Assembly: GCF_019669925.1 (NCBI RefSeq)
Contig: NZ_AP019779.1
Span: forward strand, 1,877,292-1,901,291
DNA from: Methanobrevibacter arboriphilus
Lineage (GTDB): Archaea; Methanobacteriota; Methanobacteria; Methanobacteriales; Methanobacteriaceae
Direction of reading: 5' to 3'
DNA: 24,000 nt
The notes under the pieces are model-generated. The model ran no database searches. It saw nothing but the letters and a program-made list of their open reading frames with translations, and was not told the DNA's origin. Shown here one piece after another: positions 15,289-24,000 of this stretch (positions within the stretch are counted from its first letter, which is position 1; each line of letters starts with the position of its first letter). The position numbers were made by a program, and so were the translations under genes.

Positions 15289-16029
15289 ATGATTAAAGTA
15301 CTTGCTCCAATGGCAGGAATATCCAACAGTAGTTTTGCATTGAAACTTATTCCTTATGGATTTGATGTTATTACTCTTGGAGGTTATAATACAGATAATA
15401 AAACAATAAATGCTGGGGAAAAAATTCTAAAAAGAGGAAGAGCCGAGTTTAATATATCTGAAGAAGATTTGATTTCTCATATTGAAAGTGAAGTAAACAT
15501 AATAAAAGATAAACACTCTAAAATTGATGTTTCGGTTAATCTTCGTGCTATTTCTCCAGATCCAATTATAGAAATTAGTAAAATTAATAATTTGGATATT
15601 ATAGAGATTAATGCACATTGCAGACAGAAAGAATTTTTAGAAATTGGCTGTGGACAGGAAATGCTTACTAACCCTAACAAATTAAATGATTTTGTTAGTG
15701 AGGTTGTTAAGAAGTTAAAATCAAAACAAAAAGTTTCTGTTAAAGTTAGAGCAAATGTTCAAGGTGTTGATAGTGTAAATATAGCTAAAACGGTGGAAAA
15801 AGCTGGTGCAGACTATCTTCATATTGATGCGATGAAACCAGGGTTTCCTACTGCAGATTTTGATATAATAAAGAAAATAGCTAATGAAACAAATATTTTT
15901 ATCATTGGAAATAATTCTATTACTGATATTGAAAGTGGACAAAAGATGATTAATTCTGGTGCATCTGGAATATCAATTGGGAGAGCTGCAATTAATGGAA
16001 AATTAAATTTTGATATTTCTAAAATATGA
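15289..16029 (+). CDS. Archaeal NifR3/Dus-related TIM-barrel (probable flavin-dependent) protein
   Basis: MIKVLAPMAGISNSSF resembles the Dus/NifR3 N-terminal motif. EINAHCRQ and IGRAAINGK fit a beta/alpha-barrel flavoenzyme. The ATG at 15289 is preferred because the 26-codon TTG extension is AT-rich spacer sequence. Confidence 0.75.
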   Translation: MIKVLAPMAGISNSSFALKLIPYGFDVITLGGYNTDNKTINAGEKILKRGRAEFNISEEDLISHIESEVNIIKDKHSKIDVSVNLRAISPDPIIEISKINNLDIIEINAHCRQKEFLEIGCGQEMLTNPNKLNDFVSEVVKKLKSKQKVSVKVRANVQGVDSVNIAKTVEKAGADYLHIDAMKPGFPTADFDIIKKIANETNIFIIGNNSITDIESGQKMINSGASGISIGRAAINGKLNFDISKI

Positions 16030-16586
16030 AATTATTATATTATATGTCAATATTAATTAGATATCAATTATAATATATATCATAATGTATTAATTCATAT
16101 TTGTTAATTCATAATGTATTAATTATATTCATAGAATTAATTATAGTAACAGTATTAATTATAATAGTATTAATTATAGTATATTATCATAGTATATATT
16201 AATCATAATAATAGGATATTTATTATTATAATATATTAGATTATAATAAAACAGTTTATAATATAATAAAATATTTAAATATAATGGTAGAAAAGTAAAG
16301 TATTATGGTATTATATTAAATTATTATGATTGAAATAACATGGTATTATAATTATATATTGAATTACATATTGAATTATTACAATTAAATATTAAAGTAT
16401 TATAAAAATTATAAATAAACATTAATTTTAAATGTTATAAGCGTGAATATTATAATACTGAGAGTGTATTTTAATAATCAAATAAATATAACGATAATTA
16501 TATTATTAAATCGTTTAATATTTTATTATGAATATTTAATCAAGATATTATTGATATACAATCAATTAATTTTTAAAGGTGGAGAT

Positions 16587-18176
16587 ATGTCTTTTATAGA
16601 ACTTAAAAATATTACAAAAACATTCAATGGAGTTGCTGTTTTAAAAAATTTGAATGTTGAAATCGAAGAAGGAAATGTTCTTGGAATTCTTGGTAGAAGT
16701 GGCTGTGGAAAATCTGTTCTAATAAATATGTTAAGGGGAACTAAAGAATATAAGCCAGATAGTGGGCAGATGATTTTCAACATAGCTATATGTAATAAAT
16801 GTTCTCATGTAGAGCCTCCATCAAAAGTAGGGGAAACTTGTAAATGTGGGGGTGAATTAAAAGCTAAGACTGTTGATTTTTGGAATTCTGATAGAAAAGA
16901 TTTTGCAGAAATCAGAAAAAGAATAGCAATAATGCTTCAAAGGAACTTTGCTCTTTATGAAAGAGAAACTGTAATAGAAAATGTTTTAAGAGCAATGGAA
17001 GAGGGCGAATATGAAGATAACCTTTATAAAGCTTTAGATCTTCTTGATATGGTTCAGATGAGTCATAGAATTACTCATGTTGCCCGTGATTTAAGTGGTG
17101 GGGAAAAACAGAGAGTCGTTCTTGCAAGACAGATGGCTAAAGAACCTATGTTATTTTTAGCTGATGAGCCAACTGGAACTTTAGATCCACAAACTGCAGA
17201 ATATCTCCATCAAACATTAATTAATGGTGTTAAAAATAAGGGAATAACCATGGTAATCACTTCTCATTGGCCAGAAGTAATGAATAAACTTGCAGATCAA
17301 GTTATATGGTTAGATAATGGAGAAATTATTGAAAAAGGACATTCAAATGAAGTTGTAGAGCATTTCTTAGAAACTGTGCCTTTACCTAAAAAAGTTGATG
17401 AAGTTGAGTATGGTGGACCAGTAATTGATGTAAAAGATGCTAAAAAACATTATTATTCTATTGAAAGGGGAGTTATTAAAGCTGTTGATGGTGTTGACCT
17501 AAATATTAATAAAAATGAAATATTTGGAATTGTTGGTCTTAGTGGGTCTGGAAAAACTACATTATCACGAATGCTGATTGGTTTAACTGAACCTAGTAGT
17601 GGGGAAATAAAAGTTAAATTAGGAGATGAATGGATTGATATGACTAAGCCAGGTCCTTTAGGTAGAGGTAGAGTTATACCTTATATTGGATTGCTTCATC
17701 AAGAATATTCATTATATCCTTATAGGTCTGTTCTTGAAAACTTAACTGATTCTATAAGCTTAGAACTTCCTGCAGAGTTTGCTAAGATGAAAGCTATTCA
17801 CACATTAAATGCAGTAGGCTTTGATAATGAATATTCTAACACTATATTAAATAAAGAACCTAATGAATTAAGTGGTGGAGAACGTCATAGAGTAGCGATT
17901 GCCCAAGTATTAATTAAAGAGCCTAATATAATAATATTGGATGAACCAACTGGAACAATGGACCCTATTACAAGAGTTCAAGTTACAGATTCTATATTAA
18001 AAGCTAGGGAAGAGTTAGAACAAAGTTTTATTATTATTTCTCATGATATGGATTTTGTAATCGATGTTTGTGATAGGACTGCTTTAATGAGAGGAGGAAA
18101 AATCCTTAAAATAGGAGATCCTAAAGACATAGTAAAAGAATTGACTCCTGAGGAAGAAGAAAAAATGCTAAATTAA
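16587..18176 (+). CDS. atwA: Methyl-coenzyme M reductase system component A2 (double ABC ATPase)
   Basis: Two ABC cassettes are present: GRSGCGKS...LSGGEKQR...LADEPTG and GLSGSGKT...LSGGERHR...ILDEPTG. The first domain carries a Cys4 insertion, CNKCSHV...CKCGG. Length is 529 aa from the ATG at 16587, which is preceded by GGTGGA. The upstream 48 codons of the ORF are I/L/N/Y spacer translation. Confidence 0.9.
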   Translation: MSFIELKNITKTFNGVAVLKNLNVEIEEGNVLGILGRSGCGKSVLINMLRGTKEYKPDSGQMIFNIAICNKCSHVEPPSKVGETCKCGGELKAKTVDFWNSDRKDFAEIRKRIAIMLQRNFALYERETVIENVLRAMEEGEYEDNLYKALDLLDMVQMSHRITHVARDLSGGEKQRVVLARQMAKEPMLFLADEPTGTLDPQTAEYLHQTLINGVKNKGITMVITSHWPEVMNKLADQVIWLDNGEIIEKGHSNEVVEHFLETVPLPKKVDEVEYGGPVIDVKDAKKHYYSIERGVIKAVDGVDLNINKNEIFGIVGLSGSGKTTLSRMLIGLTEPSSGEIKVKLGDEWIDMTKPGPLGRGRVIPYIGLLHQEYSLYPYRSVLENLTDSISLELPAEFAKMKAIHTLNAVGFDNEYSNTILNKEPNELSGGERHRVAIAQVLIKEPNIIILDEPTGTMDPITRVQVTDSILKAREELEQSFIIISHDMDFVIDVCDRTALMRGGKILKIGDPKDIVKELTPEEEEKMLN

Positions 18177-18797
18177 TTATAAATTAATTTTAGCTAAATT
18201 ATTTTTATAATTTAAGAAATATAGAAAAATTATTAATATTTATAAAATTATTGATATTTATTTAATTTATATTAAAAATAGTATTATTTTTATTATATAT
18301 TATAATTTTATTAGTATATTTTTTATTAATAAATTTTTTATTATTTTTATTAATATATCTTTTATTATTTTATTAACATATTTTTATTAATTAAATTTAT
18401 TTTTATTATCTTTCTGAAATCTAACATTAATTGCAACAATTTAAATATATGTCTAATCAATATATTACTTAAAATTAGAAATTTAATATATATAAATTTA
18501 ATATATATAAATTCGCTATAACTGATTGTTACTTCTTTAATAACTATATTTTATATAATAAATAATAGTTTATAATAAAAAAATTTTATACTATTTTTCA
18601 TATTGTTTATAAATTACTAAGTTAAATAATAAGTTATATATATTTTAATTAGATATAGTAAGTCATTGTTGACTTATATTTTAAAATTAGTTAAGAAAAA
18701 TGATTAATATTATAGTAAAAATAATATTATATTAAATAATAAATATTATTATTAAATAATTACAATTAAATATATAAATTTTATCGGAGGATTATTA

Positions 18798-19280
18798 ATG
18801 GTATGGGATGATGCACCATCACATGTATGTAGGGGTGGAGACAGTAGGGCATTGGCTTTTTGTTGCCCTCCAGTAAAACCTTGTCCAATATTACATGCTC
18901 TTGATGATGTAAATTTAACTCCTCAAGAATACATGGATATTAAGGAGGATTTTGCAAAAAAAACTAGGCTTGGTGAAGGAGCAGGAACTTGTTTTGGATC
19001 TTTAGTTTGGTGTTGTAAGACATCAAAACCTTGCCCATTAAGGGATATGGTTTTAAGAAATATTGATATGGATGTAGATGAGTATTTAACTCTAAAAAAA
19101 CAATTATCAGAAGCTTTAGTAGGGAATGATATTAGTAATAGTGATGATAATGTTAATGCTCTAGCTGATGCTTTTTCAATTAGTGATGAAGAGGCATTTA
19201 AGGTTCTTCATGATTGTGATAATGATTTAAGGACTGCTATGAAATTACTTAGGATGAAGGCTTTAGAAAATTCAGAATAA
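18798..19280 (+). CDS. Cys-rich methanogen-conserved protein with a duplicated CC-x4-PCP module and a UBA-like C-terminus (possibly the methanogenesis marker 9 type)
   Basis: GGAGGA SD. Two homologous modules: [43 protein letters not shown] and [40 protein letters not shown]. The C-terminal [23 protein letters not shown] looks like a NAC/EF-Ts-type UBA helix bundle. The family name is from memory and unverified. Confidence 0.75.
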   Translation: MVWDDAPSHVCRGGDSRALAFCCPPVKPCPILHALDDVNLTPQEYMDIKEDFAKKTRLGEGAGTCFGSLVWCCKTSKPCPLRDMVLRNIDMDVDEYLTLKKQLSEALVGNDISNSDDNVNALADAFSISDEEAFKVLHDCDNDLRTAMKLLRMKALENSE

Positions 19281-19629
19281 TATTTTTTTCATGATATCAT
19301 GATATAATAAATCTTATTAATAATATAAGCTTTATAATTAAATATAGTTTATAATTAAATAAAATTCATAGTTAAATAAATTCATAAATAAAATTTATAA
19401 ATAAAAATTATAATTAAAATAAATAGATTCATAAATAAAGCTTATAATTAAATTTATAACCAGTATAATTTATAGTTAAAATTATTTAATTATATTTTAT
19501 AATTAATTAATAGAATATAATCGGATGGTTTATCTTATATTTTAAATGTACTTTGTATTTCTATCTTTATTTAAATTTTATTATATTTTACATTTTTATT
19601 AATTAATTTATATTTCTAGAGGGCTTTTT

Positions 19630-20313
19630 ATGGGATGGACTTCACTTTTTTTAGATGTTAATGGAAAAAATGTATTTATATTAGGTACTGGTGAAGTTGC
19701 ACATCGAAGAGCAGATAGATTTCTTGAAAATGGCTCAAAAGTTATATTGTCTGGTAATAAAATATCAAAAGATCTATCTGATAAAGGAGCAATTTTAGAA
19801 GAAGATGGATCTAAAGAAACCTATAAAAAATTAGTTGAATGGGCAGATATTGTAGTGGTAGCTAGTGGAGATAAAACTAACAATGATTATGTTTCACTTA
19901 TTAGTAAAGATAAATTGTTAAATAGGGCAGACTTCCCTGAAAAAGGAAATCTTGCTGTTCCAACCAGTTTTTACATTGATGATGTTCAAATATCGATATT
20001 TACTAATGGAAAAAGTCCTTTAATGGCTCGTGAGCTTCGAAAAAAAATTCAAAACATAGTTTCTGATGAAGATATACTTCAAATTAAGCTTCAGGATTTC
20101 TCAAGAAAAATTTTAAAGGAAAAATTTGATAATCAAAAAGTTAGAAAAGAATACCTCTATAAAATTCTTAATAATTCTAATATTTCCAAACTTTTAAAAG
20201 AAGGAAAGTTAAAAGAAGCTAAAAATTATGTTGAGAAAATTATAAACAATAACGATAACGATAACAGTAATGACCATAATAATGACCATAATAATGATAA
20301 CAATAATGATTAA
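19630..20313 (+). CDS. sirC: Precorrin-2 dehydrogenase / sirohydrochlorin ferrochelatase-type protein (siroheme synthase N-terminal domain)
   Basis: Rossmann motif KNVFILGTGEVAHRRADRFLENGSKVILSG and FPEKGNLAVPTSF...ISIFTNGKSPLMAREL fit CysG-N/Met8/SirC. It sits directly upstream of hemA. Confidence 0.8.
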   Translation: MGWTSLFLDVNGKNVFILGTGEVAHRRADRFLENGSKVILSGNKISKDLSDKGAILEEDGSKETYKKLVEWADIVVVASGDKTNNDYVSLISKDKLLNRADFPEKGNLAVPTSFYIDDVQISIFTNGKSPLMARELRKKIQNIVSDEDILQIKLQDFSRKILKEKFDNQKVRKEYLYKILNNSNISKLLKEGKLKEAKNYVEKIINNNDNDNSNDHNNDHNNDNNND

Positions 20314-20347
20314 TATGATAGTAATGATAGATAGTAATGGGGGATAG

Positions 20348-21556
20348 TTGTTGATAATCAATCTGAGAGTGGATCATAAAGTTGCAAGTATTGAAACAAT
20401 GGAAAAAACAGCAAAAGATTTGGAAGTAATATTTCATAATCTTAAAGAAGAGTTGGATGTTCAAGAATATATTGAAATAAGTACTTGTAATAGAGTTGAG
20501 TATTATATAAATACTGATATTGTTAGCTATGAAAATGATTGTTTAAAAACAGATAATGAAAATATAATCATTCATTATGATGATATAGCTATAATTCATC
20601 TTTTCAGAATGACTTCTGGGTTGGAATCAATGATAATTGGTGAAGATCAGATATTGGGTCAAATTAAAAGTGCTAAAAAAAGAAGTATCGATGAAAATCA
20701 TTGTGGTAAGGTACTTGATGCTCTTTTTACAAAAGCTATTCATGTTGGGCAAGTTGTAAGACAAAAAACTAATATAAATAGGGGCTCTGTTTCTATTGGA
20801 TCTGCAGCTGTGGATTTGGCAGAGGAAAATATTGGGAATTTGGAAGGTAAACATGTTTTAGTAATTGGCGCTGGAAAAATGGGGAAATTAGTGGCTAAAG
20901 CTCTCGCTGAAAAGAATTTAAAAGCTATTTTTGTTGCAAATAGGACTTATTATAGGGCTGTTAGATTAGCTGAAGAACTCAATGGAAAAGCTATTCTTCT
21001 CGATGAACTAAGTCAATGTTTACCAACAGCAGATGTTATAATAAGTGCTACTGGAGCACCACATACTATTTTAAACAAAGAAAGAATTGAGAATTTTATA
21101 GATCCTAGTAAATCTTCTTCAATAATTATGATTGATATAGCTAACCCAAGAGATATTGATGAAGATGTTGAAAATATTGGTGTTAAACTTTTCAATATTG
21201 ATGATTTAAGGGGAATAGCTTACAAAAATAAAGAATTAAGAGAAAATGAAGTTAAAGAAGCAGAAAAAATAATAGACTCTGAATTCACATTACTTAAAAA
21301 TTCTTTTAAATTAATGGAAGTGGAAGATATTTTAGCTGATATTCGCCTATCAATGGAGAATATTCGAACAAGAGAAGCTTTAAAAGCCACTTCTAAGCTT
21401 TCAGATATTGAAGGTAGTGCTAAAATAATTGACAATATGTCTAGATCTATTGTTAATAAAATATTTCATGATATGTCTTCAAATATTAAAAAAGTTGCAG
21501 AAGAAGAGAATCATGATGTTATAGAAACACTAAAATGCATATTTAAAGAAAATTAA
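20348..21556 (+). CDS. hemA: Glutamyl-tRNA reductase
   Basis: STCNRVEYY (catalytic Cys), GLESMIIGEDQILGQIK and the NAD(P) site VLVIGAGKMGKLVAKAL are HemA hallmarks. TTG start after GGGGGA. Confidence 0.9.
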   Translation: MLIINLRVDHKVASIETMEKTAKDLEVIFHNLKEELDVQEYIEISTCNRVEYYINTDIVSYENDCLKTDNENIIIHYDDIAIIHLFRMTSGLESMIIGEDQILGQIKSAKKRSIDENHCGKVLDALFTKAIHVGQVVRQKTNINRGSVSIGSAAVDLAEENIGNLEGKHVLVIGAGKMGKLVAKALAEKNLKAIFVANRTYYRAVRLAEELNGKAILLDELSQCLPTADVIISATGAPHTILNKERIENFIDPSKSSSIIMIDIANPRDIDEDVENIGVKLFNIDDLRGIAYKNKELRENEVKEAEKIIDSEFTLLKNSFKLMEVEDILADIRLSMENIRTREALKATSKLSDIEGSAKIIDNMSRSIVNKIFHDMSSNIKKVAEEENHDVIETLKCIFKEN

Positions 21557-21588
21557 TTGTATAAATAATTAAAAACAAAAAGAAAAAA

Positions 21589-21708
21589 TAATCAGAAAAA
21601 CTATCAAAGATATAATCAAAAACATAATCAGAAAAATAATCAGAAAAATTATCAAAAATATAAACAAAGATATATCAAAAAATACTTAGAAAAATACTTA
21701 GAAAAATA
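21589..21708. repeat. Degenerate tandem ~11-13-bp A-rich repeats (ataatcagaaaaa-type; aatacttagaaa twice) between convergent genes
   Basis: Direct reading. On the minus strand these appear as repeated T-runs immediately downstream of the DUF4013 gene, which is compatible with oligo-T termination. Confidence 0.55.
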
Positions 21709-21722
21709 ATTATATTATAAGG

Positions 21723-22445
21723 TTAATCTTCTTTAAAATGATATCTTCCGATTAATCCCGTGAATCGTGCTGAAAATACTGCTAAAAATGGCAGTATAGT
21801 AAAATTCATAATTATTGAGATTAATGGGTGCATATTTTCAGAAATATCGGATAAAGTAGGTTGAATAATTAATGTAAATAATAACACTAATGAAAATGAG
21901 CTTATTAAATTACTAAAACCCATGTTTTTCAATTTTTTCAATATTGTTTTAATTTCAAATGCTGTTCTTAATTTTGAATGTTTATATTCATAATGTATAA
22001 TTGCACTTTGCATGATCACTAATGAGAAAAATAATGAGAAAATAAACATTATTAATAGGATTAAAGTTGAAATATCATCTGAAAATATTATAATTTCAAA
22101 AATTGCTATTATTAATACTATAATTGGTATTGTGGAATAAACTAGCAATATTAAAAGTTCTTTTATTCCTCTCCAGATTAAATCTTTGATATTTTTGAAT
22201 TCAGGATGAGTATCTGAACCAAATAAAGTACTTTCAATTATTGTAGCAATATACCCTCCTTCTATAAATAGAAAAATTGATATTGGGATAAACAATAGAA
22301 TACCTAATATTGAATATTCATTAGTAATATATATAATAAAACTTATAGACCATAGAAGAAATCCAAAAAAAATGAAATCTTTTTTTCCGTTTAGAGAGTA
22401 TTTTACAGAGTCTATAATCATTTCTTTTGTATTCATTGTTTTCAT
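21723..22445 (-). CDS. DUF4013-type multi-pass membrane protein
   Basis: Several TM segments are present. The motif EGGYIATIIESTLFGSDTHPEFKNIKDLIWRGIK is typical of the archaeal DUF4013 family, recognised from memory. Confidence 0.7.
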   Translation of the reverse strand: MKTMNTKEMIIDSVKYSLNGKKDFIFFGFLLWSISFIIYITNEYSILGILLFIPISIFLFIEGGYIATIIESTLFGSDTHPEFKNIKDLIWRGIKELLILLVYSTIPIIVLIIAIFEIIIFSDDISTLILLIMFIFSLFFSLVIMQSAIIHYEYKHSKLRTAFEIKTILKKLKNMGFSNLISSFSLVLLFTLIIQPTLSDISENMHPLISIIMNFTILPFLAVFSARFTGLIGRYHFKED

Positions 22446-22845
22446 AATATAATTATATATTCCATATTAATATTTATATTTAATATATTATCTTATTCTT
22501 TCTTTAACAGTTTTCTTTAAATATCAATTATTTATTTAATTATTTAACTTTAGAATGTTCCCACTATTTTTTTATATACTAACTTTCATATTAATAATAG
22601 TATTTTAAATTATTTTTATTACATTTTACATAATATTTATATATTTTTATACACATAATATATATAAAAAAATATTTTTAAAATATTAAGATTTTCGTAA
22701 ATTATTATCTAGTTTATTATTTAGATTAATATTTAATTTAATATTTAACTTGATATTAATTCATATTTAATATAATATAATATTTGGTATTATTTTCAGT
22801 ATCATTTTCAATATAATCTTTAATATTTTTATAGGGGCTGTTATA

Positions 22846-23334
22846 ATGGAAAATTTCAAAAAAGAAGATATTATTAAGTTGGGAATTTCGTTATTAATTG
22901 TTTATATAATTGCGCTAATAGGATCTTTTGTCACATATCCTGAAATATCTACATGGTATGCTTCTCTTGCAAAACCAAGTTGGACACCTGCAGGCTGGGT
23001 TTTTCCAATTGTGTGGAATATTCTTTATATTTTAATGAGTATTGGCCTATTTTTTGTTTGGAAAGATGGAATTAAAGATAAAAAAGTTAAAATAGCATTA
23101 TATGTTTTTGCTGTACAGTTGGGTTTAAATTTACTATGGTCTATAGTTTTCTTTGGATTTCACTCTTTAAATGGTGGTCTTGGGATCATTATTTTATTAT
23201 GGTTATTTATACTTCTAAACATCATTGTTTTTTATAGAGTATATAAATTAGCAGGAATATTATTAATACCTTATATAATATGGGTCACTATAGCTATGTA
23301 TTTAAATTATACTGTTTATATTTTAAACTTTTAA
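22846..23334 (+). CDS. tspO: TspO/MBR family tryptophan-rich sensory protein
   Basis: WYASLAKPSWTPAGWVFPIVWNILYILM and five TM segments in a 162-aa protein are the classic TspO signature. Confidence 0.9.
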   Translation: MENFKKEDIIKLGISLLIVYIIALIGSFVTYPEISTWYASLAKPSWTPAGWVFPIVWNILYILMSIGLFFVWKDGIKDKKVKIALYVFAVQLGLNLLWSIVFFGFHSLNGGLGIIILLWLFILLNIIVFYRVYKLAGILLIPYIIWVTIAMYLNYTVYILNF

Positions 23335-23616
23335 TATTTTAATTTCATTATTTTTCTTTTTATATAAATGTGTCAAGGCTTTATAAATGAAAAAGCTAAA
23401 ATAAAAAGTTAAAATAAAAATATTAAAATAAAATGATTAAATAGATATTAATGTCTAATAAAAATTGTAATAACACAATAATATTAAAAATAGTGATAAA
23501 TACAATACTGTTATTAAAAATATTAATAAATACAATAATAATGAAAATAATAAAAATAATAGTAATTATAATTTAAAATGATAAAAGCTGAGAAAAACTC
23601 ACATCTTTATGACTGG

Positions 23617-23640
23617 AAACTGACCGTTCCCGTTCAGTTT
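23617..23640. other. GC-richer imperfect hairpin (also a tandem CCGTTC x2) followed by a T-run, just upstream of the integrase gene; candidate att/regulatory site or terminator
   Basis: aaactgaccg-ttcc-cgttcagttt forms a 10-bp stem with one mismatch, followed by ttttat. It stands out in a spacer that is otherwise almost pure A/T. Confidence 0.3.
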
Positions 23641-23668
23641 TTATAGTAGAAATTACATATATTATACT

Positions 23669-24000
23669 ATGAAAATTGAGGAAGACCCGAAAATCAAACA
23701 AATAGTAATAAGAAAGAACTTATCAAAATCTCGATTGAATATATATAAAATAGTATTAACAGATATTTGCACAATAACAGGATTAACACCAACAGAATTA
23801 TTAAAAGAAGCCAAAGAAGAAGAACAACCATTTATAAAGGACAATAAAATAATTTTTCCAGATATAGAAGATAGAAAAGTAACACAATATATCTATCAAT
23901 ATTACGAATTTTTAAAAAATAAAAAATTAACAATAAACACAATAGATAGCTACCTGAAAACATTGAGGTCGTTCTATAATGAATACAATATACAACTACC
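23669..24000 (+). CDS. Tyrosine recombinase/phage-type integrase, N-terminal SAM-like domain (3'-truncated by the window edge)
   Basis: Hand translation from the ATG at 23669 gives MKIEEDPKIKQIVIRKNLSKSRLNIYKIVLTDICTITGLTPTELLKEAKEEEQPFIKDNKIIFPDIEDRKVTQYIYQYYEFLKNKKLTINTIDSYLKTLRSFYNEYNIQL..., open to position 24000. The pattern (TINTIDSYLKTLRSFYNEY) is typical of integrase N-terminal core-binding domains. The listed minus ORF 23662..23844 is its shadow. Confidence 0.7.
   Translation, partial: MKIEEDPKIKQIVIRKNLSKSRLNIYKIVLTDICTITGLTPTELLKEAKEEEQPFIKDNKIIFPDIEDRKVTQYIYQYYEFLKNKKLTINTIDSYLKTLRSFYNEYNIQL

Noticed and set aside
16443-16586. A 48-codon N-terminal extension of the atwA ORF (GTG start), and similarly 15211-15288 for the TIM-barrel gene
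   Set aside because: The extensions translate A/T spacer into I/L/N/Y/K low-complexity sequence. Canonical ATG starts, with a GGTGGA SD upstream of the 16587 ATG, align with the conserved N-termini [11 protein letters not shown] and MIKVLAPMAG.
23335-23668. A search for a tRNA gene as the integration target next to the integrase
   Set aside because: The spacer is nearly pure A/T apart from a 24-nt hairpin. No acceptor or T-arm-like sequence is visible.

Overview
This is very AT-rich archaeal DNA. The gene content points to a Methanobacteriales methanogen of the Methanosphaera or Methanobrevibacter type: atwA, cofD, GTP cyclohydrolase III, hemA, a siroheme/F430-branch dehydrogenase and an Asn/Thr-rich adhesin-like protein. 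The window has three parts.

(1) 1-7000 is an accessory block that looks like a defence island. It holds a tightly coupled four-gene minus-strand cassette with no domains I can recognise, ending in a 2-TM protein. Next to it is a plus-strand pair: an AlbA_2/Schlafen-like protein and a large protein with a C-terminal RNNIVH (Rx4H) HEPN motif, resembling ApeA. A helical 382-aa protein that may be DUF5677-like follows on the minus strand.

(2) 7071-12204 is a surface-protein locus. A 1161-codon secreted beta-helix/Ig-repeat adhesin-like gene is split by a single in-frame TAA. Upstream lie a G11 tract and a ~650 bp stretch made almost entirely of T and G. A decayed, inverted ~0.8 kb copy of the gene's own repeat cassette also sits upstream. 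As a result the promoter and 5' end of the gene are bracketed by inverted repeats with exact matches of up to 51 bp.

(3) 12731-23334 carries core methanogen genes: cofD, arfA-type GTP cyclohydrolase III, a NifR3/Dus-like TIM barrel, atwA, a duplicated CC-x4-PCP Cys-rich protein, precorrin-2 dehydrogenase, hemA, a DUF4013 membrane protein and TspO. They are separated by unusually long AT-rich spacers that contain tandem repeats.

A tyrosine-integrase gene begins at 23669 and runs off the window. All calls come from reading the sequence and the ORF translations; no database search was possible.
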